A DNA stretch of 64,000 nucleotides from Candidatus Nomurabacteria bacterium (GTDB lineage Bacteria; Patescibacteriota; Minisyncoccia; Phycocordibacterales; UBA9973). The position numbers and the translations under genes were made by a program. The notes below the pieces were generated by a model. It saw only the letters and a program-made list of their open reading frames with translations, was not told the origin of the DNA and did no database searches. Location of the stretch: contig JAIOPO010000005.1 in assembly GCA_021413905.1 (NCBI GenBank), forward strand, positions 2,027 to 66,026, read 5' to 3'. Positions 1 through 9,250 of this stretch are shown piece after piece; position 1 is the stretch's first letter, and each line of letters begins with the position of its first letter.

Positions 1-100
1 CGAAAAATAAAATGCGTAATACCAGAAAATCCATTAAAAATACCAACTCTAAAATAAATTAAAAATAATAAAAATACAACACCAGTAATGATGTTTTGCA
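1..100 (-). CDS. Partial ORF (N-terminus only; continues beyond window start) of a small membrane protein immediately downstream of mreB; possibly mreC-like
   Basis: On the minus strand an ATG lies about 20 nt after the mreB stop and opens MQNIITGVVFLLFLIYF... (a hydrophobic TM segment) running off the window edge. The MreC assignment rests on synteny only. Confidence 0.2.
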
Positions 101-120
101 TTTTTTTTCTTTTTTGTTTT

Positions 121-1167
121 TTATCTAGGAGGTAACTCATTTTGATTACTGATCAAAACTTCACGATAAGATTCTATATCATCTAAAATAATACCTGTGC
201 CTCGCGCCACTGCGGACAATGGATCATCTACTAAATGAACAGGTATTTTTAAAACACTTTGTAAAAGCTGATCAAGTCCAGGCAACAAAGCTCCACCACC
301 TGAAAGAGTAATACCTTGATGCATAATATCAGAAAGAATTTCTGGAGGAGTAGTTTCCAAAACATCTTTTACACCATCGACTAATTCTTTCACAGAAGCA
401 GAAATAGCTTCACGAATATCAGAATCAGTTACTACTACCTCACGAGGAAGCCCTGTCAACAAATCTCTCCCGCGAACTTCTGTCTCCATATAATCTGTCG
501 GTATTGCTGTGGCGATAGCTATTTTTACAGCTTCAGCTGTTTTTTCTCCAATTAAAATTTTAAATTCATCACGCATATATGAAATGATGTCATTGTTCAA
601 TCTGTCTCCCGCGATTTTTAAATTGCTTGATTTCACAATTCCACCCAAAGATATGACAGCGACATCAGTAGTACCTCCCCCGATATCAATAATCATAGAG
701 CCCACCGGCTCCATGATAGGTAAACGAATACCGATAGCGGCAGCCATAGGTTCTTCGACGAGATATACTTCACGCGCGCCCGCGCTACGAGCAGCATCAT
801 ATACAGCACGAGTCTCCACATTTGTGATTCCAGAAGGCACTCCGACAACCACACGCGGGCGCGCAAATTTCTTTGACATTTTATCCGCTTTATTTATGAG
901 ATATGAAAGCATTTCTTCTGTCACTTCAAAATCTGAAATAACTCCGTCTACAAGTGGACGAATAGCTTTGATATGTCCTGGAGTTCTACCCAACATTTCT
1001 TTCGCAGTGATACCGACAGCGAGAATTTGATTTGTCTTTTGATTCACAGCAACAACAGAAGGTTCATTTATTACTATTCCGTGACCCTTTAAATACACCA
1101 AGGTATTTGCTGTACCCAAGTCTATACCGATATCATTGGACATTAATTTGTAAAAATTTTTAAACAT
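121..1167 (-). CDS. mreB: Rod shape-determining protein MreB (actin-like ATPase)
   Basis: 348 aa. The N-terminal phosphate-1 motif is IGIDLGTANTLVY, and the actin fold is colinear across the full length (DIGGGTTD, LSGGGALL). Confidence 0.9.
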   Translation of the reverse strand: MFKNFYKLMSNDIGIDLGTANTLVYLKGHGIVINEPSVVAVNQKTNQILAVGITAKEMLGRTPGHIKAIRPLVDGVISDFEVTEEMLSYLINKADKMSKKFARPRVVVGVPSGITNVETRAVYDAARSAGAREVYLVEEPMAAAIGIRLPIMEPVGSMIIDIGGGTTDVAVISLGGIVKSSNLKIAGDRLNNDIISYMRDEFKILIGEKTAEAVKIAIATAIPTDYMETEVRGRDLLTGLPREVVVTDSDIREAISASVKELVDGVKDVLETTPPEILSDIMHQGITLSGGGALLPGLDQLLQSVLKIPVHLVDDPLSAVARGTGIILDDIESYREVLISNQNELPPR

Positions 1168-1170
1168 AAT

Positions 1171-2418
1171 TTAAAACAATTTTAATAATTCATCAACGCT
1201 AACGACCTGACCTTTTTCTTCATTTCTTTTTTTGACTTCCACGCCATTCTCCTTCATACTTCTTCCGGAAACAACTACACGATATGGCATACCCAATAAA
1301 TCCGCATCTGCAAATTTTTCTCCGGCAGACATTCCTGTTCTGTCATCAAATAAAACTTCAACTTTATTTTTTTGCAAAATTTCATAAACTTCATCCGCGC
1401 GTTTCTTTACTTCTTCATCTTCTCCCAACATCAAAAGATGCACCTTAAATGGAGCCACTTCTTCCGGCCAAATTATACCTTTATCATCAGATAAAACTTC
1501 AACAATAGTTCCCATGAGTCTACTAATACCAATACCATAAGCACCCATAAAAACAGGTAGAGTTTCTCCTTTTTCATTATTAAAATTTAAATTCAAAGGT
1601 TCTGAATAACGTTTACCATAAGTAAATATATTACCAACTTCAATAGCTTTATGCTCTACTAAATTTTCACGTTTTATTCCAAGAGATGCTAAAACTTCAT
1701 CGTTTAACACTTCTTTGTTTACAGCTATTCCAGTATTTTCATCTAAATAAATTAAATCTTCTCCAACAGAAGTAATTGTCTGAAATTCATGAGAATATTT
1801 TGAAAACATTCCACCTGAAGCAAAAACAACATAAGTTATATGTCCTAATCCGACTCTCTTGTAAACATTCATATAAGCAACTTTAGATTTTTCATAAAAT
1901 TCATTATGTTCTATTTCATCTTTACAAAAAGAATACATGTCTTTCATTAAAAATTCTCTACCACGCAAAATTCCAGCTTTTGCTCGAAGTTCATTTCTAA
2001 ATTTAGTTTGGAATTGATATATATAAGAAGGTAAATCACGATAAGAATTAATAAAATTTTTCATTATATTAGTAACAGGTTCTTCGTGAGTACAGCCAAG
2101 TCCAAGCTCAGTATCATTTTTTAATTTTGTTTTAAACCACACATCTACTTTTTCATCACTCCATCTGTCTGTTTTTTTCCAAAGTTCAGAATCTTGAAGA
2201 GCTGTCATTGAAATCTCTTGTCCACCAATGGCATTCATTTCTTCTCGCACAATATTTTCAATTTTTTTCAAAACACGAAGTCCAAGAGGCAAAAATGAAT
2301 AAACCCCCGCCATTTCTTTATGAATAAATCCCCCACGAGTCAAAAGCTCAGCATTTTTGGACACTTCGTCCGCCGGTACTTCTTTCCTCGTTTTTGTAAA
2401 AAGTTTAGATTGTCTCAT
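1171..2418 (-). CDS. proS: Prolyl-tRNA synthetase, short form lacking the INS editing domain
   Basis: 415 aa. The N-terminus MRQSKLFTKTRKEVPADEVSKNAELLTRGGFI...LPLGLRVLKKIENIVREEM is near-colinear with the bacterial ProRS N-terminus, and class II motifs are present. The length is too short to contain the INS domain. Confidence 0.85.
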   Translation of the reverse strand: MRQSKLFTKTRKEVPADEVSKNAELLTRGGFIHKEMAGVYSFLPLGLRVLKKIENIVREEMNAIGGQEISMTALQDSELWKKTDRWSDEKVDVWFKTKLKNDTELGLGCTHEEPVTNIMKNFINSYRDLPSYIYQFQTKFRNELRAKAGILRGREFLMKDMYSFCKDEIEHNEFYEKSKVAYMNVYKRVGLGHITYVVFASGGMFSKYSHEFQTITSVGEDLIYLDENTGIAVNKEVLNDEVLASLGIKRENLVEHKAIEVGNIFTYGKRYSEPLNLNFNNEKGETLPVFMGAYGIGISRLMGTIVEVLSDDKGIIWPEEVAPFKVHLLMLGEDEEVKKRADEVYEILQKNKVEVLFDDRTGMSAGEKFADADLLGMPYRVVVSGRSMKENGVEVKKRNEEKGQVVSVDELLKLF

Positions 2419-2489
2419 TTCTTCATCTTACTCGAAAAAAGCTTTTTTGGCAAAATTTAATCAAATTAGACATATTTCGTACTATAGAG

Positions 2490-3254
2490 TTGCAAAAAAA
2501 TGAACTTTCTGATAATATAAAAACTATGCAAAAAGTAGAAAATCAAAAGGAAAATACAGACGTATTAGTCGAGCAAATGTTCCAGGTTGGAGCGCATTAT
2601 GGCTATTCAAAAACAAGAAGACACCCTAGTCTTTCTTCTTTTATTTATGCCACAAAAAACAAGACTGATATCATAGATCTTGAAAAAACAAGCATGATGC
2701 TAAATGAAGCTACTGAATTCGTAAAGACTTTAGGTTCAAAAAACAAGACTATTCTATTCGTAGGCACAAAGCCAGAAGCTCGCGAAATAATCAAAAATAC
2801 AGCTGAATCATTGAATATGCCTTATGTCATCGAAAGATGGATCGGGGGTACTTTTAGTAATTTCATTGAAATAAAGAAAAGAATCGTAGAACTTGAAAAT
2901 TACAGAAAAGATAATGCTACAGGAAACCTAGAAAAATATACAAAAAAAGAAAGAGTTGTTTTAGCTAAAAAAATGGAAAGACTTTCAAAATACTATTCTG
3001 GTCTTATCGATTTAAAGAAAATCCCTGATGCTGTCTTTATAATAGATGCAAAAGCAGAACACATTGCAGCCACTGAAGCTCGCAAATCAAATGTTCCTGT
3101 TATAACTCTTGTAAATTCTGATACAAATATAAAAGGTCTTGATTTCCCTATAATCGGAAACGATGCCGCTATACCTTCTATTAAATTCTTTGCTGAATCT
3201 ATAGCTAAAGCTTACAAAGCTGGTCAAATGTCAATGCCAGCCAAAGAAGTCTAA
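2490..3254 (+). CDS. rpsB: 30S ribosomal protein S2 (true start may be the internal Met near 2526)
   Basis: VGAHYGYSKTRRHP is the conserved S2 N-terminal motif. The ORF carries a roughly 12-aa N-terminal extension relative to typical S2. Confidence 0.85.
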   Translation: MQKNELSDNIKTMQKVENQKENTDVLVEQMFQVGAHYGYSKTRRHPSLSSFIYATKNKTDIIDLEKTSMMLNEATEFVKTLGSKNKTILFVGTKPEAREIIKNTAESLNMPYVIERWIGGTFSNFIEIKKRIVELENYRKDNATGNLEKYTKKERVVLAKKMERLSKYYSGLIDLKKIPDAVFIIDAKAEHIAATEARKSNVPVITLVNSDTNIKGLDFPIIGNDAAIPSIKFFAESIAKAYKAGQMSMPAKEV

Positions 3255-3303
3255 ATTATAAATTTTTAACTCACTGAAAAATCAGTGTGGAGTAATTAAA
3301 CAT

Positions 3304-4083
3304 ATGTCAATACAAATCACAACAGAACTTATTAAAGAATTAAGAGATACTACAGGCATTTCTGTAATGCAATGTAAACGTGCTCTCGAAGAAGCAGAAG
3401 GTGATATGAAAAAAGCGCTCGCAATTCTTAAAAAAACAAGTTCTGATATTGCTCTTAAAAAAGCAGACCGCGAAGCAAAAGACGGGGCTGTGACAGTATT
3501 GACCGAAGGAAATAAAACAATTTTGCTCGCTTTGCATTGTGAAACTGATTTCGTATCAAAAAACGAAGACTTTACTTCCCTTTTAAACAATCTAGCTAAA
3601 AAAGCTCTAACTGAAGGAATTGAAAAAATGAAAGAAGGATCAAAAGACATGATAGATCCTATAATTCAAAAAACTGGTGAAAATATCCAACTTGGAGATG
3701 CATATGAAGTAAATGGTGATATTGTTGGAAATTACGTTCACAATGGCAAAATGGCCGTCGTGGTATCTCTTGTGGGAGGTAATACAGAAATTGCAAGAGA
3801 TGTTGCAATGCATGTGGCAGCCATGAGACCTGAATACATCACAACTTCTGAAATAGATGAAGAAGCAAAGAAAACAATGACTGAAATATTTGAAAAAGAA
3901 GTAGCGGGTTCTGATAAACCAGAAGAAATAAAAAAGAAAATGCTCGAAGGAAAAATAAATACTTATTTCAAAGAAAAAACATTGGTTGAACAACCTTTTA
4001 TTAAAAATCCGGAAGAAACAATCGGACAACTCTTGCAAAAGAACAAAGCTGAAATCAAAGAAGTAAAACGCTATTCAATCTAA
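3304..4083 (+). CDS. tsf: Elongation factor Ts
   Basis: MSIQITTELIKELRDTTGISVMQCKRALEEAEGDMKKA is the EF-Ts UBA-like N-terminus. The gene directly follows rpsB, the conserved rpsB-tsf order. Confidence 0.85.
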   Translation: MSIQITTELIKELRDTTGISVMQCKRALEEAEGDMKKALAILKKTSSDIALKKADREAKDGAVTVLTEGNKTILLALHCETDFVSKNEDFTSLLNNLAKKALTEGIEKMKEGSKDMIDPIIQKTGENIQLGDAYEVNGDIVGNYVHNGKMAVVVSLVGGNTEIARDVAMHVAAMRPEYITTSEIDEEAKKTMTEIFEKEVAGSDKPEEIKKKMLEGKINTYFKEKTLVEQPFIKNPEETIGQLLQKNKAEIKEVKRYSI

Positions 4084-4089
4084 GAATAT

Positions 4090-4500
4090 ATGCAATTACC
4101 TCTAATTTTATTTTTTGGATCACTTATAGGAATCATCGTGATGATTGCCAGAAAATTATTATATTTGCAAACAAAAGAAATGCAAATGACAGAGGAATTT
4201 TTATTGGAAATTCCAAATTTAGAAGAGGTTAAAATAAACACCTTAAAAAATATAAAAAAATACGGTTTTGTGACTTTAGTCATTTCTCTGCGTTTATATG
4301 TATTGTCTATTGATTTTATAAAAGAAAAAACAAAACAAGGTTCAAATAAAATCAAAAATTATTTCCATAAACATTTTCCTAAAAAAGAAAAAGTCACCGG
4401 TTCAAAAGAAGCTTCAGGTTTCTTGAAAACTATCTCCGAATACAAAAAAAAGATAGACAAAATCAAACATCGCATCAAACAAGAAGAAGGGATAAATTAA
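4090..4500 (+). CDS. Hypothetical small membrane protein with lysine-rich C-terminal half
   Basis: The ORF has an N-terminal TM segment (LILFFGSLIGIIVMIA) and a K-rich tail. No recognisable family. Confidence 0.35.
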   Translation: MQLPLILFFGSLIGIIVMIARKLLYLQTKEMQMTEEFLLEIPNLEEVKINTLKNIKKYGFVTLVISLRLYVLSIDFIKEKTKQGSNKIKNYFHKHFPKKEKVTGSKEASGFLKTISEYKKKIDKIKHRIKQEEGIN

Positions 4501-4538
4501 TTTGATTTTTATATTTCTTTTTGGTAATATACATATAC

Positions 4539-4614
4539 GCCGCTTTAGCTCAGTTGGTAGAGCAACGCTTTTGTAAAGCGAAGGTCCTCGGTTCGAGTCC
4601 GAGAAGCGGCTCCA
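4539..4614 (+). tRNA. tRNA-Thr (anticodon UGU)
   Basis: The 7-bp acceptor stem is GCCGCTT/AAGCGGC, the D-arm is AGCTCAGTTGGTAGAGC, the anticodon loop is TTTGTAA, the T-arm is GGTTCGAGTCC, and CCA is encoded. Confidence 0.85.
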
Positions 4615-4653
4615 AAGTTTTCAAAATAGGTTCTGTTCAAAGCATAACTAAAA

Positions 4654-4690
4654 CGAAGGACTAGACACGAGTCCGAGAAGCGGCTCCAAA
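4654..4690 (+). other. Degenerate duplicate of the 3-prime end (T-arm plus acceptor 3-prime strand) of the adjacent tRNA-Thr
   Basis: CGAGTCCGAGAAGCGGCTCCAAA at 4668-4690 is an exact 23-nt copy of tRNA-Thr 4594-4616. An upstream CGAAGG also matches. No 5-prime half is present. Confidence 0.5.
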
Positions 4691-4692
4691 AT

Positions 4693-4726
4693 AAAATCCC
4701 TTAACCTAGGGATTTTATTGTTTTAA
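4693..4726. terminator. Bidirectional rho-independent terminator
   Basis: A 9-bp stem AAAATCCCT/AGGGATTTT with a 6-nt loop is flanked by T-runs on both strands. It sits between the tRNA-Thr region (+) and the convergent CDS ending at 4730 (-). Confidence 0.6.
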
Positions 4727-4729
4727 TTA

Positions 4730-5437
4730 TTATTTTTTAAACTCTTTAGAATCAGAAGTGTCTTTGTCTTTCGGTAAAAGTTTTATTATATCTGGATAAA
4801 GTTTTTCCACATCTTCAATACTCTTAAAACCTGTAACTTTTTTTTCATTTACAACCAAGGCTGGCAATTTTGTATCTTCTATTTTGTAAATTTTTATAAG
4901 CGCGCGCAAAGCTGAAAGATCTAAATTATAATCAAAAGAGTACACTCTCAACTCAGGATATTTTTCACGAAGTTCTGTCAGAACAAAACCTTGTTTGGTG
5001 CATTCAGTACAGTTTTCAGCTGTCGTATAAAAATACAAAATCGGCACAAATTTATTACCACAACGAGCATTTATTTTTTTAGTTAATAAATAATCTTTAA
5101 TTTCCAAAATAGTATAGTATCTTTTCAGTTCTGTAGCTGTGGCATTATCTTTAAAATTATTTTCACTATACTCTATCTTTTGAGCCATATCAGAAAGTTC
5201 CGCAGAAAGATTTTCTCCTCCGTCATTTTGTTCACAAGAAAGTTCTGACAATAAAGCAAATTGGGTTTCTGAAGACAAAATATCTGTCTCAAGTTTATCT
5301 TGAACTTGTCTCATTGATTGTATTTTTTGATTTGTAAAAAAATTACTCAAACCTCCAGCTAATGCAAAAAGACCGCAAGTCAAGAAAAAAACTATTATAT
5401 ATTTTAACCAATCATTTTTTTTATATTCTGTTTCCAT
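4730..5437 (-). CDS. Membrane-anchored thioredoxin-fold protein with a CxxC (CTEC) motif
   Basis: An N-terminal TM segment and a coiled region are followed by a C-terminal block around CTEC that resembles a glutaredoxin/thioredoxin fold. Confidence 0.5.
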   Translation of the reverse strand: METEYKKNDWLKYIIVFFLTCGLFALAGGLSNFFTNQKIQSMRQVQDKLETDILSSETQFALLSELSCEQNDGGENLSAELSDMAQKIEYSENNFKDNATATELKRYYTILEIKDYLLTKKINARCGNKFVPILYFYTTAENCTECTKQGFVLTELREKYPELRVYSFDYNLDLSALRALIKIYKIEDTKLPALVVNEKKVTGFKSIEDVEKLYPDIIKLLPKDKDTSDSKEFKK

Positions 5438-5442
5438 ATTTT

Positions 5443-6723
5443 TTAAATATTATTATCACCTATTAAATAATCTCTCTCTTTAGACCAACTAGCCTCTTTA
5501 GAAAATACAGCGTTCCAAACAGCTTTCATGAGCCACACAGGGGCTAAAAAGGTATATATAATGAGAAATAAAGGAATATCCCAAAAAGGAATACGTCCTC
5601 TATCTTTTATCATATTTCTGCCATTAAACAAAGAAACTATAACTAAAATATACAATATAATCGATATAAAAACAAAGGTTTTTGTACTAATGAAAAATAA
5701 ATTAAAAGAAGAGAGGTCTGTACTAATAAAATGAAAACCGACAGCCTGACTTTGCAAAATTTTATTTACAATAAATTCATAAAACTGAGAAAAAGTAAAA
5801 AACAAAAGAAAAATTGTTCCAATTACAGAAATAAAACCTGAAGGTAAAGTAAAGACTCCGATCGTACCATATTTTGGTTTAAAAAATAATTCCCTATAAT
5901 CGAGAGCGTTTTTTATAAAACCATAAATCCAACGAACACGTTGACGATATAATTTCGGTACACTATTTGGACTATTTGTATAAACATAAGCATCAGGACA
6001 ATGATCTATCTTTAAACCATGTTTTTGCATACGCAAAGCTATTTCTTGATCTTCTGTTTGATGCGCTTTTGTGTAAAAACCCAATTGATCAAAAACGGTT
6101 TTTCTAAAAATAGAAAAAGGTCCCGGAGTGACATGAATACCACCCAAAAAGGCAAGCATTTTCTTGTTATAATGTGCCATATCATATTCCGCACGCTGAG
6201 CATATTGAAGCAAATTTTTTGGATTAAGTACTACAATAGAAGGAGCGACAGCCATAGTCTTTGGATTTGAAAAATAAGTTATAATTCTTTTCAGAGCTTC
6301 AGGGTGAACGGTCGAATCCGCATCTAAACAACCAACAAATTCTGTTCTTATATTTTCCAAACCTTTATTAAGAGCATGATGCTTGCCTTGTTTACTCTCT
6401 TTAAAAAGACGAATTTGAGGATACGATGAATATTTTTGTAAAACTTCCCAAGTCTTATCTTTGGAAGCATTATCTATGACAATAATATCGAGTTTTTCTT
6501 TTGGATAATCTAAAAACAATAAAGATTCAACAGTTCTACTCACTGTATTTTCTTCATTATAACAAGGGACCAGAACAGTAACAGATGGGTAATTTTCAAG
6601 TTCTATTTTGTCTTTTCTGATTAAAATTTTTTTTCTATTTTCAAAAAAAGTCACAAGAAAAAAAACTTGCACATAAACGGCAAGGAAAGTAAGTATATAA
6701 AATATAACGTTTAAAAAAGTCAT
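5443..6723 (-). CDS. Family 2 processive glycosyltransferase (PgaC/IcaA/NodC-like membrane synthase)
   Basis: The GT-A core shows VLVPCYNEE, DNASKD, a DAD motif and the processive-synthase motif QRVRW. One N-terminal and about four C-terminal TM helices are present. Confidence 0.75.
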   Translation of the reverse strand: MTFLNVIFYILTFLAVYVQVFFLVTFFENRKKILIRKDKIELENYPSVTVLVPCYNEENTVSRTVESLLFLDYPKEKLDIIVIDNASKDKTWEVLQKYSSYPQIRLFKESKQGKHHALNKGLENIRTEFVGCLDADSTVHPEALKRIITYFSNPKTMAVAPSIVVLNPKNLLQYAQRAEYDMAHYNKKMLAFLGGIHVTPGPFSIFRKTVFDQLGFYTKAHQTEDQEIALRMQKHGLKIDHCPDAYVYTNSPNSVPKLYRQRVRWIYGFIKNALDYRELFFKPKYGTIGVFTLPSGFISVIGTIFLLFFTFSQFYEFIVNKILQSQAVGFHFISTDLSSFNLFFISTKTFVFISIILYILVIVSLFNGRNMIKDRGRIPFWDIPLFLIIYTFLAPVWLMKAVWNAVFSKEASWSKERDYLIGDNNI

Positions 6724-6774
6724 TTATTTAAAATTACCTTTATATTATAACAGATTTTTAGTTAAAATGCAAAA

Positions 6775-6806
6775 CAGCCCCGCGCCTTTGGCGCGGGGCT
6801 GTTTTT
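6775..6806. terminator. Strong GC-rich rho-independent terminator
   Basis: A perfect 12-bp stem CAGCCCCGCGCC/GGCGCGGGGCTG with a TTT loop is followed by TTTTT. It lies downstream of the minus-strand CDS 6812-7111. Confidence 0.7.
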
Positions 6807-6811
6807 AAAAA

Positions 6812-7111
6812 TTACATTTTTCCTTCCATACTTGCAGGAGCATCTGTTCCACATGAAGAACAAGTTCCACCCATACATTTCTTGCACTTGCAACCAAAAA
6901 TACTCATAACAGCAGCAAGACCAACTAAAACATATACTAATGCCTCAAGCTTAGAAACAGAACCCAAAAGCATGTAAACAAGATTCCATTCCTTACCCAT
7001 AAACATACCTACCCCAACCAAACCCCAGTTTAAACCACCAACAATTACTAAAATTTTAGCAATTAAGGCTGGAACACAAGAACCACACTTACCACATTTT
7101 GAATTACACAT
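6812..7111 (-). CDS. DUF378-like small membrane protein with Cys-rich termini
   Basis: The central block LVIVGGLNWGLVGVGMF matches the DUF378 GxNWGLVG signature. The N-terminus carries CNSKCGKCGSC and the C-terminus carries CKCKKCMGGTCSSCG. Confidence 0.5.
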   Translation of the reverse strand: MCNSKCGKCGSCVPALIAKILVIVGGLNWGLVGVGMFMGKEWNLVYMLLGSVSKLEALVYVLVGLAAVMSIFGCKCKKCMGGTCSSCGTDAPASMEGKM

Positions 7112-7217
7112 ATTTTTTTATTTTGTTAAAAATTAAATTAATAATATTAATAAAGACCTTATGCATAAAGTATACCATATACATAAAAAATGATACAATA
7201 GACTTATTAACAATAAA

Positions 7218-7904
7218 GTGAATAACATGGAAAATAAACAAAAAATAAATACAATATTATCAGTATTTTTACTAATAGCTTTGATATTAATAGGTATATT
7301 TCTTTTAAAAGGAAAAACACCTATACCTAAAAATATAGTTAAGAACATCAAAAAAGAATTATTACCTGTATCAGATCAAGATTTTTCAACGGGAAACAAA
7401 GATGCTTTATTAACAATAGTAATGTATGAAGATTTTCAATGTCCTTTTTGTGGAAAATTTGATAAAGAAACAGAACAACCTATTAGAAATACTTATGTAA
7501 AAGATGGAAAAATCCAATTAGTATATAGAGATTTTGTTTTTTTAGGAGATGAATCAATAAAATCCGCGCAAGCAGCTAGATGCGCCGGAGAACAAGAAAA
7601 ATTTTGGGAATACCATGATTTCCTTTTTACTCATCAAAATGGAGAAAATAAAGGAGCTTTCGCTGATTCAAATTTAAAATCTTTTGCAAAAGAAATAGGT
7701 TTAAATGAAAAAAAATTCAATGATTGTCTTGATTCCGGAAAATACACTAAAGCTATATTAGACTCCACTGAAGAAGGTCATAATGCTGGAGTAAAAGGAA
7801 CACCAAAAGGTTTCATTTTAAAAAATGGAATTATTGTAGATACTATAAATGGAGCAGAAAACACAACAACAGTTTTTTCTAAAATTGAAAAAGCTTTAAA
7901 ATAA
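7218..7904 (+). CDS. DsbA-family thiol:disulfide oxidoreductase, membrane-anchored
   Basis: An N-terminal TM anchor is followed by a thioredoxin fold with the active site CPFC, in DsbA-like context (FQCPFCGKF). Confidence 0.65.
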   Translation: MNNMENKQKINTILSVFLLIALILIGIFLLKGKTPIPKNIVKNIKKELLPVSDQDFSTGNKDALLTIVMYEDFQCPFCGKFDKETEQPIRNTYVKDGKIQLVYRDFVFLGDESIKSAQAARCAGEQEKFWEYHDFLFTHQNGENKGAFADSNLKSFAKEIGLNEKKFNDCLDSGKYTKAILDSTEEGHNAGVKGTPKGFILKNGIIVDTINGAENTTTVFSKIEKALK

Positions 7905-7915
7905 TAAATAAATTA

Positions 7916-7946
7916 AAAACTCCACTAAAAAAGTGGAGTTTTTAAT
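7916..7946. terminator. Bidirectional rho-independent terminator between the convergent dsbA-like gene and rpoD
   Basis: A 10-bp stem AAAACTCCAC/GTGGAGTTTT with loop TAAAAAA, flanked by A/T runs. Confidence 0.6.
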
Positions 7947-9236
7947 TTAGTCAAAATAATTTCTTAATCTTGCTATTTTTTCATGTTGACGAAGCTTGTC
8001 ATGAACCTTGGCTTCAATTTGACGAATACGTTCGCGAGTAACGCCGAATTCTTCACCTACTCTCTCAAGAGTGTGTTGAATGCCGTCTGTCAGACCATAA
8101 CGCATTTCAAGAATCTTTTTCTCTTTTGGATTTAGTTCGTCGAGAACTTCACGAATTTGATCGGAAAGAATACGCTGTGAAGATTCTTGATCTGGACGTA
8201 AAATTTTATCATCAGGAATAAAATTTTCCAAAGTTGATTTATCATCATCATCTCCTACTGGCTGTTCAAGAGAAATAGTTTCTTGAGAAATATTTTCAAT
8301 CACATGGATTTTTTCAACCGGTATACCCATCTCTGTGGCTATCTCTTCAGCCAACGGCTCACGCCCTAAATCTTGTGAAAGCCTGCGGTGTGTTTGTTTA
8401 TATTTTGAAATTGTTTCCACCATATGCACAGGAATACGAATAGTGCGACTTTGGTCTGCTAATGCACGAGTGATGGATTGACGAATCCACCAAGTGGCAT
8501 AAGTAGAGAATTTATAGCCTTTTGTCCAATCAAATTTCTCAACTGCTTTGAAAAGTCCCAAATTCCCCTCTTGAATCAAATCAAGCAATGTCAGGTCTGC
8601 ACTTCTACCTACGTATTTTTTCGCAATAGAAACGACCAGACGCAAGTTTGCACGAGCAAGCAAATTCTTTGCTTCTTCATCTCCTTTTTCAATTCTTCGT
8701 GCTAAATCTTTTTCTTCACTTGCATGTATCAAAGCATATTGACCTATTTCTTTTAAATACATTTGAATAGAATCATGTAATGTTGATTTATTTATATCTC
8801 CAGTTAAATCAGCATCTAAATTCAAAAGGTTTCCGCCTTCTAATACATCAATACCAGCAACAGAAAATTGTTCATATAATTCATCTAAGAAAAGAATATT
8901 GTTTTCAATATCAGGAAATGTTTTTAGAATCTCATCGTAAGTAATAAAACCTCTTTTTCTTCCTTTTTCTATCAATTCTTTTGAAAGTCTTTCAAATTCT
9001 TGTGCTTTTTTCTGAGCCGCAGTTAATTTCACCACTGCTTCTTTTTTAATTTTTTCTTTTTTTACAACAACTTTTTTAACTTTCTTCACAGCATTAGGAG
9101 CTTTTTTTACAATTTTCTTTACTGTTTTTTTTACGATATTTTTTAAAACTTTTTTATTTGTTTTTTTTACAACTTTCGAAACCTTTTTCACTATTTTCTT
9201 TACTGTCTTTATTTTTTTAGTTTTATTTTTTTTCAT
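7947..9236 (-). CDS. rpoD: RNA polymerase sigma-70 factor RpoD with a lysine-rich N-terminal extension
   Basis: Region 2.x is [39 protein letters not shown], and regions 3 and 4 are present. The first roughly 65 aa are KK-repeat rich ([13 protein letters not shown]...). Confidence 0.9.
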   Translation of the reverse strand: MKKNKTKKIKTVKKIVKKVSKVVKKTNKKVLKNIVKKTVKKIVKKAPNAVKKVKKVVVKKEKIKKEAVVKLTAAQKKAQEFERLSKELIEKGRKRGFITYDEILKTFPDIENNILFLDELYEQFSVAGIDVLEGGNLLNLDADLTGDINKSTLHDSIQMYLKEIGQYALIHASEEKDLARRIEKGDEEAKNLLARANLRLVVSIAKKYVGRSADLTLLDLIQEGNLGLFKAVEKFDWTKGYKFSTYATWWIRQSITRALADQSRTIRIPVHMVETISKYKQTHRRLSQDLGREPLAEEIATEMGIPVEKIHVIENISQETISLEQPVGDDDDKSTLENFIPDDKILRPDQESSQRILSDQIREVLDELNPKEKKILEMRYGLTDGIQHTLERVGEEFGVTRERIRQIEAKVHDKLRQHEKIARLRNYFD

Positions 9237-9250
9237 ATTTTTAATATTTG

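Noticed and set aside
509-1030. 173-aa plus-strand ORF
   Set aside because: It lies entirely antisense within mreB, has a low-complexity translation, and shows no motifs. Shadow ORF.
3282-4038. Minus-strand ORFs of 65-132 aa overlapping tsf
   Set aside because: Antisense to EF-Ts. Their F/C-rich translations are typical of shadow frames.
7133-7351. 72-aa minus-strand ORF overlapping the dsbA-like start
   Set aside because: It overlaps a supported gene and its divergent promoter region. Hydrophobic low-complexity translation.
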